Assembly: GCA_050633245.1 (NCBI GenBank)
Contig: JBOEGD010000011.1
Coordinates: 528,852-592,851, forward strand
Reading direction: 5' to 3'
Source of the DNA: Calditrichia bacterium
GTDB lineage: Bacteria > Calditrichota > Calditrichia > RBG-13-44-9 > J075
Length of the DNA: 64,000 nt
Under the pieces are notes generated by a model, which was not told the DNA's origin, did not search any database, and was given only the letters and a program-made list of their open reading frames with translations. Made by a program: the position numbers and the translations under genes. Shown one piece after another: positions 49,965 through 60,316 of the stretch; position 1 is the stretch's first letter; each line of letters opens with the position of its first letter.

Positions 49965-51362
49965 ATGGCTAAAGACGGACATCGAATTGAAAAAGACTCT
50001 ATGGGAGAAATGCAGGTCCCAAATTCTGCATATTGGGGCGCACAAACCCAGCGAGCGGTCGAGAACTTCCCAATTAGTGGTATTCGTTTTCCGCGCCGCT
50101 TTATCCGCGCGATGGGCATGCTTAAGAAATCTGCGGCGTTAACAAATGCTGCTTTGGGACGTTTGGATGAAAAGTTGGCAAGTGGCATTGCCGCTGCTGC
50201 TGATGAGGTGATTGCCGGAAAGCTCGATGAGCACTTTGTAGTCGACATCTATCAGACCGGCTCTGGAACATCTTCCAATATGAATTCGAATGAAGTAATC
50301 GCCAATCGTGCCAATGAGATAATGGGCGGATCAATTGGCGACAAAAGTCCCATTCATCCGAATGACCATGTAAATATGGGGCAGTCGAGTAACGACACTA
50401 TTCCGACATCTATGCACGTATCCGCAATGGAGGCGATTGATCAGGATCTAATGCCGGCATTACGTGTTTTGCACGCCGCACTCGACGCAAAAGCCAAAGA
50501 GTTCGACAAAATAATCAAGATTGGCCGGACTCATCTTCAGGATGCTACACCTATTCGCCTCGGGCAAGAATTCAGCGGATATGCAAGCATGATTTCTCAT
50601 GGTATTAAGCGCCTGGAAAATGTAACGAATCACCTTGGTGAGCTGGCAATCGGTGGAACAGCTGTTGGAACCGGTATTAACACGCATCCCGAGTTTGGCT
50701 CTCGTGTCGCAAAAAAGCTATGCGAAATGACGGGACTAAAGTTCAGGGAAGCGGAAAATCACTTTGAAGCACAAGCTTCTAAAGATGCTTATGTAGAGGC
50801 GTCCGGTGCGCTAAAAACAATAGCGGTCAGCCTGATGAAAATTGGCAATGATGTTCGCTGGTTGGGATCGGGCCCACGCTGTGGGATCGGCGAGTTGCTA
50901 CTTCCGGAAGTTCAGCCGGGATCATCCATCATGCCCGGAAAGGTAAATCCGGTAATTGCCGAGGCATTAACAATGGTATGTGCACAGGTGATTGGCAATG
51001 ATGCCGCCATTACCGTTGGTGGTATGTCCGGCAATTTTGAACTCAACGTGATGATGCCAATGATGGCTCACAACATGCTTCAGTCAATCCATCTTCTCAG
51101 CACGTCAAGTCAGGTCTTCAGTGAAAAGTGTATTGTTGGTCTGAGGGCAGACGAAGAACGAAATAGCGAGATGGTCGAAAAGAGCCTGGCAATGTGCACC
51201 TCGCTTGCACCGATTATCGGGTATGACAATGCAGCAGCGATTGCCAAGGAGGCCTACAAAACTGGTCGAACGGTAAGAGACGTTGCTCGCGAAAAAGGAC
51301 TGATGTCTGATGAGGAACTTGCAAAAGTTCTGGATCCGATGTCCATGACGGAACCAGCCTAA
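49965..51362 (+). CDS. fumC: Fumarate hydratase class II
   Basis: RIEKDSMG, QTGSGTSSNMN, HPNDHVN..QSSND, KIGRTHLQDA, GSSIMPGKVNP. Confidence 0.95.
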   Translation: MAKDGHRIEKDSMGEMQVPNSAYWGAQTQRAVENFPISGIRFPRRFIRAMGMLKKSAALTNAALGRLDEKLASGIAAAADEVIAGKLDEHFVVDIYQTGSGTSSNMNSNEVIANRANEIMGGSIGDKSPIHPNDHVNMGQSSNDTIPTSMHVSAMEAIDQDLMPALRVLHAALDAKAKEFDKIIKIGRTHLQDATPIRLGQEFSGYASMISHGIKRLENVTNHLGELAIGGTAVGTGINTHPEFGSRVAKKLCEMTGLKFREAENHFEAQASKDAYVEASGALKTIAVSLMKIGNDVRWLGSGPRCGIGELLLPEVQPGSSIMPGKVNPVIAEALTMVCAQVIGNDAAITVGGMSGNFELNVMMPMMAHNMLQSIHLLSTSSQVFSEKCIVGLRADEERNSEMVEKSLAMCTSLAPIIGYDNAAAIAKEAYKTGRTVRDVAREKGLMSDEELAKVLDPMSMTEPA

Positions 51363-51385
51363 TTGATGAGTGATGAATAAAGTTT

Positions 51386-51410
51386 GCTGCCTGAGCGAGT
51401 CGAGGGCAGC
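51386..51410. repeat. Single REP-like hairpin between convergent genes
   Basis: GCTGCC-TGAGCGAGTCGAG-GGCAGC, resembling the 49.8 kb unit. Confidence 0.55.
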
Positions 51411-51415
51411 GCTTT

Positions 51416-52519
51416 TTAGGACTCTCGATTTACAGCAGTTGCATTTTCAGGCGCTTCCCGTTTTTCAATTACCACAGGAACCGGCTCTTCAATTTTGATC
51501 TTACTCAGGTAGGCATCGCGCTGAGCCTTACTGCGCAATTTTTGATCGAGGCGTAGTGCTTCCTGAAGGCTTTCAGCAGCACGTCTTTGATCGCCAAGTA
51601 TGGCATGCATTTTTGCAAGCTGAAAATGTGCTGGTGCAAAAGTCGGTAATAATCGACTGAGATTATCGAAGCTTTGTAAGAAATACTGGGCACGCTGACG
51701 CTCTTTGCCACCAGAACTACCATCGTCTAACCAGGTATCGGTATTGTAGAGTTCCTTAATGGTTTGCATTATCGACTGTGCTTGTGGTTCAACAGCAAAA
51801 GCTTCTTTCTCAGATGCGGTACTGATGAGCGTTAGTCCATTATGACTTAGCAGGTAACGTTCTTGATAACGCGCATTTACAATATTAAAAGAAGAAAAAC
51901 TTTGTTCGTCGAGGTTGGTTAGAATATAAATCTGTTCCAGGCTGTCTGAAGTCAAACTCAACTTCCGGGTAATTCCGTCCCCATCATACAATCCCATAAA
52001 CTCATCGTTTTCTACCTTACGAAGATCAAGTGATCCTAAAAAACGCAGCGTATCAGCGGCCAGACTAAAATAGCTTACCCGTTCGCGAACAAAGTAGTGA
52101 ATTGATTGATAGCTATTGAGCACAAGAATCGGCTCTTCTTGCACCATGACCATCGAAGAACGTTCGGGGCGAATCTTGCCTTTTAGCCCGGCCTTTTTAA
52201 AAGATGGGCCAACGGGCAGCTTTAACCAATCATCCAGTCCTGCTTTCACAACCGAAAAAAGTTCATTGCCGTCGGCAGCTGGTACAACAAAAAAAGAAGT
52301 GCGTGGTAAGTCTGCACGAAAGATATCTTGTTTCTCTTCCGTCAACAGAAGCACGTCGTAGAAATCATCTGCTACTTCATTCAGGATTATTTCGCGAGCC
52401 GTCTCATTCCATTCCTTCTGAAAGTTGACCTGTTTTACATCATCCTCAGCGAATAGTATGGCGGGCAACAACATTAGTTGGGCAATCAAAATCCATTTTT
52501 GCATGATAAAGCATCCCAT
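51416..52519 (-). CDS. Secreted hypothetical protein with C-terminal TPR
   Basis: Signal peptide (likely start 52504); AHFQLAKMHAILGD..RA.ESLQEALRLD. Confidence 0.6.
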   Translation of the reverse strand: MGCFIMQKWILIAQLMLLPAILFAEDDVKQVNFQKEWNETAREIILNEVADDFYDVLLLTEEKQDIFRADLPRTSFFVVPAADGNELFSVVKAGLDDWLKLPVGPSFKKAGLKGKIRPERSSMVMVQEEPILVLNSYQSIHYFVRERVSYFSLAADTLRFLGSLDLRKVENDEFMGLYDGDGITRKLSLTSDSLEQIYILTNLDEQSFSSFNIVNARYQERYLLSHNGLTLISTASEKEAFAVEPQAQSIMQTIKELYNTDTWLDDGSSGGKERQRAQYFLQSFDNLSRLLPTFAPAHFQLAKMHAILGDQRRAAESLQEALRLDQKLRSKAQRDAYLSKIKIEEPVPVVIEKREAPENATAVNRES

Positions 52520-52652
52520 TTTTACAACAACATCAGGAAAGGCCTACTGATTAAAGACAATTCGTAAAGCAATAACTACGAGGGATAATAAACGAAGATT
52601 CTCTCAAAAGAATAGTGAGCGGGAACAAATAAATACAGAAAGACAGGTCTCT

Positions 52653-53132
52653 TTATGTCAAAGTCCGGCTCATTTCAATGCTAAAGTCAGCTTCACCGAA
52701 GGGTTTTTTATTTCCGGTTTTTGTATAGCCAAGTTTTTTGTAAAACGCGATTGTAGGGAGGTTAGACTCCAACACCCACAGTGCAATGCGCTTCACTGAA
52801 TTATTACCAAGGATTGTCTCCGCATGTTGCATCAGCTGTTTACCGATGCCTTTAGACCAATAGGAAGGAAGCACAAAGACAGAAGTAATTTCCCCGGTCT
52901 CAGGCTGCGGGTAAAAGTTCTGGTAAGAGACGTAAGCTACCGGAACTTGCTCGAGTTCGAAAAGGTCTATCCACACTCCCTCTCTGGCAATGGATTCGGA
53001 CCAGACCTTTAAGCGGTGCTCCATACGCTCTATCGTCAGATAGCTCGTAGATTCACCGTAAGCAGCCTGAGAGCTGCATAGTTGGATTGCCGCTACGCTC
53101 AGCGCGTCTGTGCGGCTTGCTGGACGTATCAT
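52653..53132 (-). CDS. GNAT family N-acetyltransferase
   Basis: VFVLPSYWSKGIGKQLM, LWVLESN...AFYKKLGY. Confidence 0.88.
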   Translation of the reverse strand: MIRPASRTDALSVAAIQLCSSQAAYGESTSYLTIERMEHRLKVWSESIAREGVWIDLFELEQVPVAYVSYQNFYPQPETGEITSVFVLPSYWSKGIGKQLMQHAETILGNNSVKRIALWVLESNLPTIAFYKKLGYTKTGNKKPFGEADFSIEMSRTLT

Positions 53133-53136
53133 AATA

Positions 53137-53919
53137 CTACTCCACAATAATCGCTGGAAGTTGCCAGGAATCTCTTAAGGTTTTGTACTGAACTTGGGTT
53201 AGTTGAATCAGCATTGGCGTGGCAGACATATCCAGCCAATTCACAATACGCTGCAAAACATCTTTATCCATAGCAGTGCAGCCGATGGTCGAATCACCCG
53301 GCCCACCCCAAATGTGTAGGAAAATGCAGCTGCCCGAGCCGGCCAGCTGTGCATCATTGTGGCGAACGGTAATTCCCAGGTGGTACTGCGTTCCAATCTC
53401 CCGCATTTTTTCTGAGCTCTTCCAATCGACCTCTGCAATCGTGTCTTTGGACACGATACGATTGTAGAAACGAGATTTTGCATCATCGACGCATTCCAGT
53501 GCTTCAGTAACATGTAAATAGGGCATCTTTAATGCGACACTATCTGCAGGTATAAAACCAAATACACTGTCCAAGAAAAACGCTCCGGCAGGCGCTTTTC
53601 CATCGCCTTCTACTTTTCTGATTTCACCGAGAGCCTCAGGATGTTCGCCAATTCCCCAGCCCAAACCATTTTTACCAATCATCGCAGGAACAGATTCTGC
53701 CATCGATTGCCAGCCATTTCCCTGTCTACGCTCGAAACGAAACAGTTGAGCACCAGCTGAATCCATGCTCTCGGCAACGACAAGTATTAACTGATCCGTT
53801 TTGTCTGAAATTGGTGACGCAATAGATTTAGCGTCCTGCTTTCCACAAGATGCAAGCGCGCCAATAAGGATCATCAAAACCATCGTAACAATGTTTCTGT
53901 ATCTTGGACTATATTTCAT
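53137..53919 (-). CDS. L,D-transpeptidase (YkuD-like) family lipoprotein
   Basis: Lipobox LASC; KVEGDGKAPAG; GSCIFLH...TIGC. Confidence 0.85.
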   Translation of the reverse strand: MKYSPRYRNIVTMVLMILIGALASCGKQDAKSIASPISDKTDQLILVVAESMDSAGAQLFRFERRQGNGWQSMAESVPAMIGKNGLGWGIGEHPEALGEIRKVEGDGKAPAGAFFLDSVFGFIPADSVALKMPYLHVTEALECVDDAKSRFYNRIVSKDTIAEVDWKSSEKMREIGTQYHLGITVRHNDAQLAGSGSCIFLHIWGGPGDSTIGCTAMDKDVLQRIVNWLDMSATPMLIQLTQVQYKTLRDSWQLPAIIVE

Positions 53920-54036
53920 AAACAGCCTTTTCCGCCCTGGCTTTTCTGACCTAAATTCAGGCAAATCACACAGGATTTGCCCTTCAAACTCACCGTTTCT
54001 AATCGCGTCTCACTGCCTCACTGTTTTATCACTCCG

Positions 54037-54062
54037 GAGACGCGAAGCATCACGTCATCTAC
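54037..54062 (-). repeat. REP-like element (GAGACGCGAAGCATC family)
   Basis: Matches 36918-36932; begins GTAG on the minus strand. Confidence 0.6.
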
Positions 54063-54065
54063 TGT

Positions 54066-55457
54066 TTATTCTGCGTCGACCTTGGCGAAGTACGTTCGCG
54101 CTGCGGCCATTACTTTTGGTGCAAGCAGAATCGCGGAAACCATCGTAGGAATGGCCATCAGAGCATACATTCCGTCGATTAAACTAACCGCAACGTCAAG
54201 GGATACTATCGCAGCAATAACAATTATCCCGCAGTAGAAATAGTTGTAATAGTGCTGACGCTCGGCACCCAATAGAAAGCCAAGACATTTCGTTCCATAA
54301 TAAGAATAGGTAAACATGGTGCTGGTGCTAAAAAAGATAACGCAGGTAATCAAAATGTAGCCGCCTATCCCCGGCATAGCAGCATTAAAAGCATTTGCCG
54401 TTAACGTTACGCCATCAGCATCACCTGTTTTCCAAACACCGGTCATTAGGATTACTAAAGCCGTGCAGGTACAAACAATCATAGTGTCAATAAGTGGCCC
54501 AAGCATGGCAACAAGACCTTCACGCACGGGCTCTTTCGTTTTTGCTGCTCCATGCGCCATGGCTTCGGTTCCGATTCCTGCTTCATTTGAAAAAGCTGCT
54601 CTTCTGATACCAGTAATAATCACGGCTCCTAAAGCTCCACCACCGACAGCCTCGCCTGTAAAAGCATCCCTTACAATAAATGCCAGGGTCTCAGGAATTG
54701 CCGATGCATTAACAAAGAGAATATAAATTGTGGCAAGCATATACAGCACAACCATTGCAGGAACGATTCGTGCGGTAACAAGTCCGATTCTTTTAATCCC
54801 ACCAAAGATAACTGAAGCAACCAGGATGGTAACAAATATCCCAAAAACAAAATTAAACATAAACGGATCTTCACCAATAAAGCCATTCGGAATCATAATA
54901 ATATCGCGCACAACCTGCGTTAACTGATTCACCTGAAAAGCCGGCAGCGCGCCGACCAAGCCGGCGAGGGAAAAGAATGCCGCCAACGGCCACCATTTTT
55001 CGCCTAAGCCTTCACGCACCACATACATCGGTCCACCCTGCAGGTGTCCCGCACTATCTCTTCCGCGATACATAACTGCCAATGTACAGGTAAAAAACTT
55101 AGTAGCTACGCCGAGAATCGCACTCACCCACATCCAGAAAACGGCCCCCGGGCCTCCAACGGTAATGGCAATAGCCACACCGCCGATGTTCCCCATACCG
55201 ATGGTTCCGGCCAAAGCACTCGACAGCGCCTGAAAATGAGTAATATCGCCTTCATCTTCATCCGAGTCATATTTACCACGCAGAATATTTATACCATGCC
55301 GGATATAAAAAAACGGCATAAAGCGAGACATGATCAGAAAATATATTCCCCCGCCAAGCAGTAGCACAAGCAACCATGGTCCCCATGCAGCATCGGCAAA
55401 AGCGACTATCAGTTCACCGACTTTGTCCATTAGCTGTCCATCTTCAGTCTGTTCCAC
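54066..55457 (-). CDS. Alanine/glycine:cation symporter (AGCS family)
   Basis: ALAGTIGMGNI.GVA.AI..GGPGAVFWMW, GGPMY, FSNEAGIG. Confidence 0.93.
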   Translation of the reverse strand: MEQTEDGQLMDKVGELIVAFADAAWGPWLLVLLLGGGIYFLIMSRFMPFFYIRHGINILRGKYDSDEDEGDITHFQALSSALAGTIGMGNIGGVAIAITVGGPGAVFWMWVSAILGVATKFFTCTLAVMYRGRDSAGHLQGGPMYVVREGLGEKWWPLAAFFSLAGLVGALPAFQVNQLTQVVRDIIMIPNGFIGEDPFMFNFVFGIFVTILVASVIFGGIKRIGLVTARIVPAMVVLYMLATIYILFVNASAIPETLAFIVRDAFTGEAVGGGALGAVIITGIRRAAFSNEAGIGTEAMAHGAAKTKEPVREGLVAMLGPLIDTMIVCTCTALVILMTGVWKTGDADGVTLTANAFNAAMPGIGGYILITCVIFFSTSTMFTYSYYGTKCLGFLLGAERQHYYNYFYCGIIVIAAIVSLDVAVSLIDGMYALMAIPTMVSAILLAPKVMAAARTYFAKVDAE

Positions 55458-55495
55458 TTATATTCCTCGGTTTTCAATGTTCGCGTTTTATGTGT

Positions 55496-57379
55496 TCAAG
55501 AAGGCTGAAAGCCAAATATCTTTTCATAGAAGGCGAGTTCTTTTTCTAACGAGTCCACTATTGTTTGCGGTTTGCGAAAGCCGTGTCCTTCTCCTTCATA
55601 CGTAACAAGAGTCACCTCAATTCCCTGCTGCTTCAGTGCCTCTACCATAGATTCTGACTGTTCAGGTAACACCACTTTATCGTCGAGTCCCTGAAAGAAA
55701 ATCACGGGCACAGAAATTTGATCTGCCTGAAACAGTGGCGACCGTTGTTTATAAATCGCCTTCCCCTCAGGATAAGGCGCAACAAGAGTATCGTTGTATC
55801 GCGCTTCAAACTTGTGTGTTTCTTTGGTCAATGCTTCAAGATCGCCGATGCCGTAAATTACTGCTCCGGCGGAGAAAACAGCATGAAACGTCAATGCAGC
55901 CAATGCCGTAAACCCACCCGCACTACTTCCACGGATTATTAATCGCTCTGGATCGACGCGTCCTGTTTCAGCTACAAAACGGGCGCCGTTCACACAGTCA
56001 GCCACATCGGCAACACCCCACTGACCGTTCAGCATTTCACGGTAATTACGGCCAAAGCTGGTACTGCCCCGGTAATTGACATCCAACACAGCAAAGCCAC
56101 GACTCGTCCAATATTGAATTTTCGGATTATACGCATTATCCGTTGCAGCAGTTGGGCCGCTATGCCCCAAAACAATCAGCGGAGGTTTTTCATTTTCGCT
56201 CGGGTTAACATACGGATTTTTAGGCGAATAGAAAAATGCCTGAACCTCTACACCATCCGATCCAAAAGTAAGTAATTCAGCAACAGATATCTCCCTGGGA
56301 TCGGGCTCTTTTTCTGCGGCTTTGGCAATAACCTGCAGCTTTTCATTCGCAAGAGACAGGGCAACGAGTTCCTTTCCACGGCTCGGTGAAGCGGCGTAAA
56401 AAAACAGTTTCTTGGAGGTTGCTCTAAGTTGATCAATCCAGCTATATGGCAATTCAATTTGAGTGAGTCTTTTCGTTTGCAAATCAATAATCCCAAGCCT
56501 CCACAATCCAGCGCGGGTATAAGCGCATGCGAGAAACCGGTCTGTGACAATTGCGTTTGTGGACATCCCAAAAACCCACTGCGGCCAGGCGAATTCTGCT
56601 TCCATTTCAACAACAGCTTCTACTTTTTCGTTCCGACAGCAATGAATATTCCACCAGCCGTTGCGATCTGAAGAGAAATACAGCTCTCCTTTTGATGACC
56701 ACATCGGCTGGAATACAGACTCTGAAGCACTACCTGCAATCGTTTGGACGGACTCAATCCTCCCCTCACTGTTAAATGCCGCGACCTGTAGCTCAGTGCC
56801 ATCCCATGGTAACTGCGGGTGATTCCAGCATAACCAGGCCATTTCCGTCCCATCATTACGAATAGTCGGGGAGCTGTAAAAGTCCGCTCCTGAAACTAAT
56901 AGCTCAGACGTATTTTCCCCTGATTCCAGAGAAAGGGTAGCTAGCGTATTTATTGGCTCCCTAGAATCTGTGGAGTGATCTTCACGCACAAAAATCAGGC
57001 GTTTTCTATGTTCATCTACGCATAGGTCGGCATAGCGAATATTCGGTTCTTCGGTGAGGCGCTGCGGAGCTTTAGAAGTTGGCGTTAGCCGGTAAATCTC
57101 CTTGTCGAGGTGATTTACAAAATAGACAGTGCCTTTGTGAACAGTAAATGCGGCGCCGCCATATTCATGCACATTACTTCGTACATTATAAGGTTCGGGC
57201 AAGAGCTCACGTATTTCTCCATCCTGAAGACGCATAAGCGTATTGCGGCCTTTTTCCAGGGGTCGGCTTTCCAACCAATAGACTGTCTCATCATCGGTGC
57301 GAATATCCCCAAACCGCTTGCCTCCGGCAGCGATACTTTCCGGTGAGAAATTCGATGGCCATGTGCCATAGGGGAGCAT
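55496..57379 (-). CDS. S9 family peptidase (prolyl oligopeptidase / acylaminoacyl peptidase)
   Basis: PYGTWPS, VHEYGG, HSGPT, GSSAGG nucleophile, DKVV, EGHGF. Confidence 0.93.
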   Translation of the reverse strand: MLPYGTWPSNFSPESIAAGGKRFGDIRTDDETVYWLESRPLEKGRNTLMRLQDGEIRELLPEPYNVRSNVHEYGGAAFTVHKGTVYFVNHLDKEIYRLTPTSKAPQRLTEEPNIRYADLCVDEHRKRLIFVREDHSTDSREPINTLATLSLESGENTSELLVSGADFYSSPTIRNDGTEMAWLCWNHPQLPWDGTELQVAAFNSEGRIESVQTIAGSASESVFQPMWSSKGELYFSSDRNGWWNIHCCRNEKVEAVVEMEAEFAWPQWVFGMSTNAIVTDRFLACAYTRAGLWRLGIIDLQTKRLTQIELPYSWIDQLRATSKKLFFYAASPSRGKELVALSLANEKLQVIAKAAEKEPDPREISVAELLTFGSDGVEVQAFFYSPKNPYVNPSENEKPPLIVLGHSGPTAATDNAYNPKIQYWTSRGFAVLDVNYRGSTSFGRNYREMLNGQWGVADVADCVNGARFVAETGRVDPERLIIRGSSAGGFTALAALTFHAVFSAGAVIYGIGDLEALTKETHKFEARYNDTLVAPYPEGKAIYKQRSPLFQADQISVPVIFFQGLDDKVVLPEQSESMVEALKQQGIEVTLVTYEGEGHGFRKPQTIVDSLEKELAFYEKIFGFQPS

Positions 57380-57419
57380 CTTAGGCTCAGACGTATGTTG
57401 CTTACTATTTTTTTCCAGT

Positions 57420-58802
57420 TTAAAGATCCTTCATTTCGCGTCGCCAATCCGATATTTTAACCTTAAGGTTTTCAATCAGCTCGGAGTAATCGGCAGCAAC
57501 GTTATTATTGTTGTTCGGGTCTTGAAGCATGTCGTATAACTCAACCCGCTTCTCGTCAATAAACCACATAAAATGCCAATCGGCATCCCGATAATAATAA
57601 GCCAGCGATTTCTTGCCCATCATATCGTCACGACTGCGGAACTGATTTGCTTTTCCAACGAGATAGTCGCGCTTACCACGTTCACCTTTGTCAATAACCG
57701 GCCTAAGCGAATGACCAGGAAGATCCGAATAGTCCATTCCAAGATAATCGAGCATGGTTGGCATAAAATCGACGGTGCTGACCAAATCCTTGCGAATAAC
57801 TCCGGCAGCAATCTTGTCCGGCCAATAAAAGACCAGTGGCGTTCGATAAGACATATCGTACATGGAAAGTTTACCCTTGTCCCCACCATTGGATTTTAGA
57901 AGATTATCTTCCGTGTAATCGACATTCGGCGGTTGCTCCCAACCGTTATCATTAACGTAGACAAAAATCGTATTCCCAGACAAACCCTTGCTATGAACAT
58001 AATCCATCAATGAGCCAACACCATCATCAAACCAGGTACACATGGCATAATACTGCTTTGCTGATTCGGAGAGGTTTTTATTCTGGTAATATTTCAGGTA
58101 GCGATAAGGAGCATTATGCGGCACATGCGGCAGTTCAGGACCATACCATATGAAAAACGGTTTATCGGCATTTTCATCTATAAAGTCGTAAACAGGCTGC
58201 ATGGTTTTACGAGATAAAGCTAGTCCGTCACCGCCCATAAATCGCTTAAACCATTTGGAACCATCTTTCCGTTCTTCTTTGGTCCAGCCGGTTGTCATGC
58301 CATCGGTAAAGTGTCCATTCTGATAATTATATTCCCACCATTTGCCACCCTGAAAACTGGCATATCCTTTTTCTGCCAAGCGCTTAGGCAGCGTATTAAA
58401 ATATTTCATAGCATGAAAATCAAAGTTGCGTTCCCAGTCTTTGCGGCCATCGGCATCAAGACGAACGTAATCTTCACTGGTGCGTGCCTTTTCCATTTCG
58501 GCCTGTACCTGCTGCTGATAAGCAACGGGATGAAGCCCTGTTACCAGCGTTTGCAGAGACGGACGGCAGTGATTCTGACTAACATGCGCCTCAGTGAAAA
58601 CCGTGCCTTCAGAGGCCAGCAAATCCATATTGGGTGTATAGACATCTTTTGATCCCATAAAACCAAAGTATGGATAACCATGATCATCGCCTATTAGAAG
58701 GATAATATTGGGAGGCTTTTGCGGTGTTTTGATTGGAGATTGAGCGAAGAGACTCTGAGACATCATCACAGTTAACAAATACAAAATCATTCTAAATATC
58801 AT
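57420..58802 (-). CDS. Secreted sulfatase (formylglycine-dependent family)
   Basis: AGGAGG RBS; PNIILLIGDDHG, TPNMD, CRPSLQTLVTG, GKWW, PHVP, DNG, KGK. Confidence 0.85.
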   Translation of the reverse strand: MIFRMILYLLTVMMSQSLFAQSPIKTPQKPPNIILLIGDDHGYPYFGFMGSKDVYTPNMDLLASEGTVFTEAHVSQNHCRPSLQTLVTGLHPVAYQQQVQAEMEKARTSEDYVRLDADGRKDWERNFDFHAMKYFNTLPKRLAEKGYASFQGGKWWEYNYQNGHFTDGMTTGWTKEERKDGSKWFKRFMGGDGLALSRKTMQPVYDFIDENADKPFFIWYGPELPHVPHNAPYRYLKYYQNKNLSESAKQYYAMCTWFDDGVGSLMDYVHSKGLSGNTIFVYVNDNGWEQPPNVDYTEDNLLKSNGGDKGKLSMYDMSYRTPLVFYWPDKIAAGVIRKDLVSTVDFMPTMLDYLGMDYSDLPGHSLRPVIDKGERGKRDYLVGKANQFRSRDDMMGKKSLAYYYRDADWHFMWFIDEKRVELYDMLQDPNNNNNVAADYSELIENLKVKISDWRREMKDL

Positions 58803-59165
58803 CGCTCTTATCCTCCTATGACGTGCAGCTCTAATTCGCTGAAGTACTAATAATCTGGTATATGAATTACGCGACTCACTCGTTCGGCGAGTAATGATAA
58901 AGAATAAGACAAATAATGGAGGTATCAAAAAACCATTTTGATGCCTCAAATAAAAAAGGCCCGTAAAAAAGGAGCTTTTTTAGTTCAAAACGCAGTATCA
59001 TGAAGCAGAATGTTATGTTCTCAAGCTATTTTTCAATACTGAAATAATTAAGGGGCGTTCATGAAACATGATTTATGCAAAAATTGCCTGTTATGTCGGC
59101 CTGAGCGGCATCAATCCGAGCTCTTCGGTAATAAGTGGTAGGAACTTTCGTTATAAATGGATGGA

Positions 59166-59302
59166 CAGATTGTTTTACATTTGGGTTTTGTTGTCACCTC
59201 GAGCCTCTCGGCTATGCTCCAGACAGACGAGATCGAGAGGCTGGTAGGCTCTCAATAGGGCTCCGACGGAGTCTATGCCGAGCGCGATCGAGGTGCTCAG
59301 CC
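59166..59302 (+). repeat. REP-like composite element with inserted sub-units
   Basis: Reverse-complement homolog of 49762-49847 with expansions in both loops. Confidence 0.7.
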
Positions 59303-59548
59303 TGATCAAGTTAGTTGTGAGATACTGTTAATGAATATTGGCAAGCACTTAATTTGCAGAAATTTACCTTTAAACTTTAGTTGACTGAAGAGTGGCTTAG
59401 TATTACTCTCATTAATTTGAAGGCTTACATCGACCTAGCACATTATTATTGTTAACAGATCTAGATTATTATCTGCCTAATGTTTTGCGTCTTTAAATTT
59501 AATAAGCTTATCTTTTGATGTTAAAACTTATAAAAAGAGAACTTACCA

Positions 59549-60100
59549 ATGTTTTGGTCAATTGTATTCTTATTACTTCTGTTCCTGACTTTTTTAGTTG
59601 CAAAAGCACTGCTTGCTGATTCAATAAATGCGAAAAAGAGAATAAAAACTTTGGATAACTTTCAGCCAATTTTTGCGGATTTTATTAACAAATTAAGTGA
59701 TGAAAGTATACTTATTATTGAACATCGAAAAACCAAACACTTTGTTCAATTTATGCATTTTCGAATAGGGCGAACCGAACAATATCTTCACACCAGTTAT
59801 CCGAAGACAACATGGTCTGAGCCTTTTTATTCTATGATTGAAGAAACTCTAAAAAATAAATTTGAAGATGTTCAGATTCATAAAGCCGATGGGAACGAAA
59901 TTTCCCAATTTGTAGATGCTAACTTTATTGCCGATGTTGATAAGGCTGTAGAACTGACAAAAGAACTGTTTTCCATTATGGGTATTTCCTCAAATGACAC
60001 TTTCAACATGATAATTAAAGGGGAACTTAGTAGTGCTTATATAGCGGAAGTATTTAAAAACTACGAGGAAGCTCGAAGTTTAATGCAGAAAAAAAACTAA
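59549..60100 (+). CDS. Hypothetical AT-rich protein with N-terminal TM
   Basis: 183-aa ORF, visibly AT-rich; HFVQF motif; function unknown. Confidence 0.6.
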   Translation: MFWSIVFLLLLFLTFLVAKALLADSINAKKRIKTLDNFQPIFADFINKLSDESILIIEHRKTKHFVQFMHFRIGRTEQYLHTSYPKTTWSEPFYSMIEETLKNKFEDVQIHKADGNEISQFVDANFIADVDKAVELTKELFSIMGISSNDTFNMIIKGELSSAYIAEVFKNYEEARSLMQKKN

Positions 60101-60189
60101 TATTAACTAAATATAACCTCAATATTGATAATTAGGACACGGTTGGTAAGCGCGTTAAACAATAGATCGCGCAAAAACTTACCCTTAAT

Positions 60190-60290
60190 AACCGTACAAT
60201 GTGTGTCTTACCACCTCTCCCTTTTACCGGAATACGCTTGCGCTCAATGTCGATATCGCGGACATCAGATATGCTGGGTTTCGCAAGGCC
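60190..60290 (-). pseudogene. Possible tyrosine-recombinase fragment
   Basis: Translates as ...SDVRDIDIERKRIPVKGRGGKTHIVRL, resembling the DID...I.V.GKGGK.R.V.L region of Xer/phage integrases. Confidence 0.45.
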
Positions 60291-60316
60291 ATCTTTCACT
60301 CTCTAGCAGGGGCGTT

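Noticed and set aside
59440-60140. Integron attC sites around the AT-rich ORF
   Set aside because: Only weak RYYYAAC/GTTRRRY-like words with no convincing complementary arms, and no integron integrase
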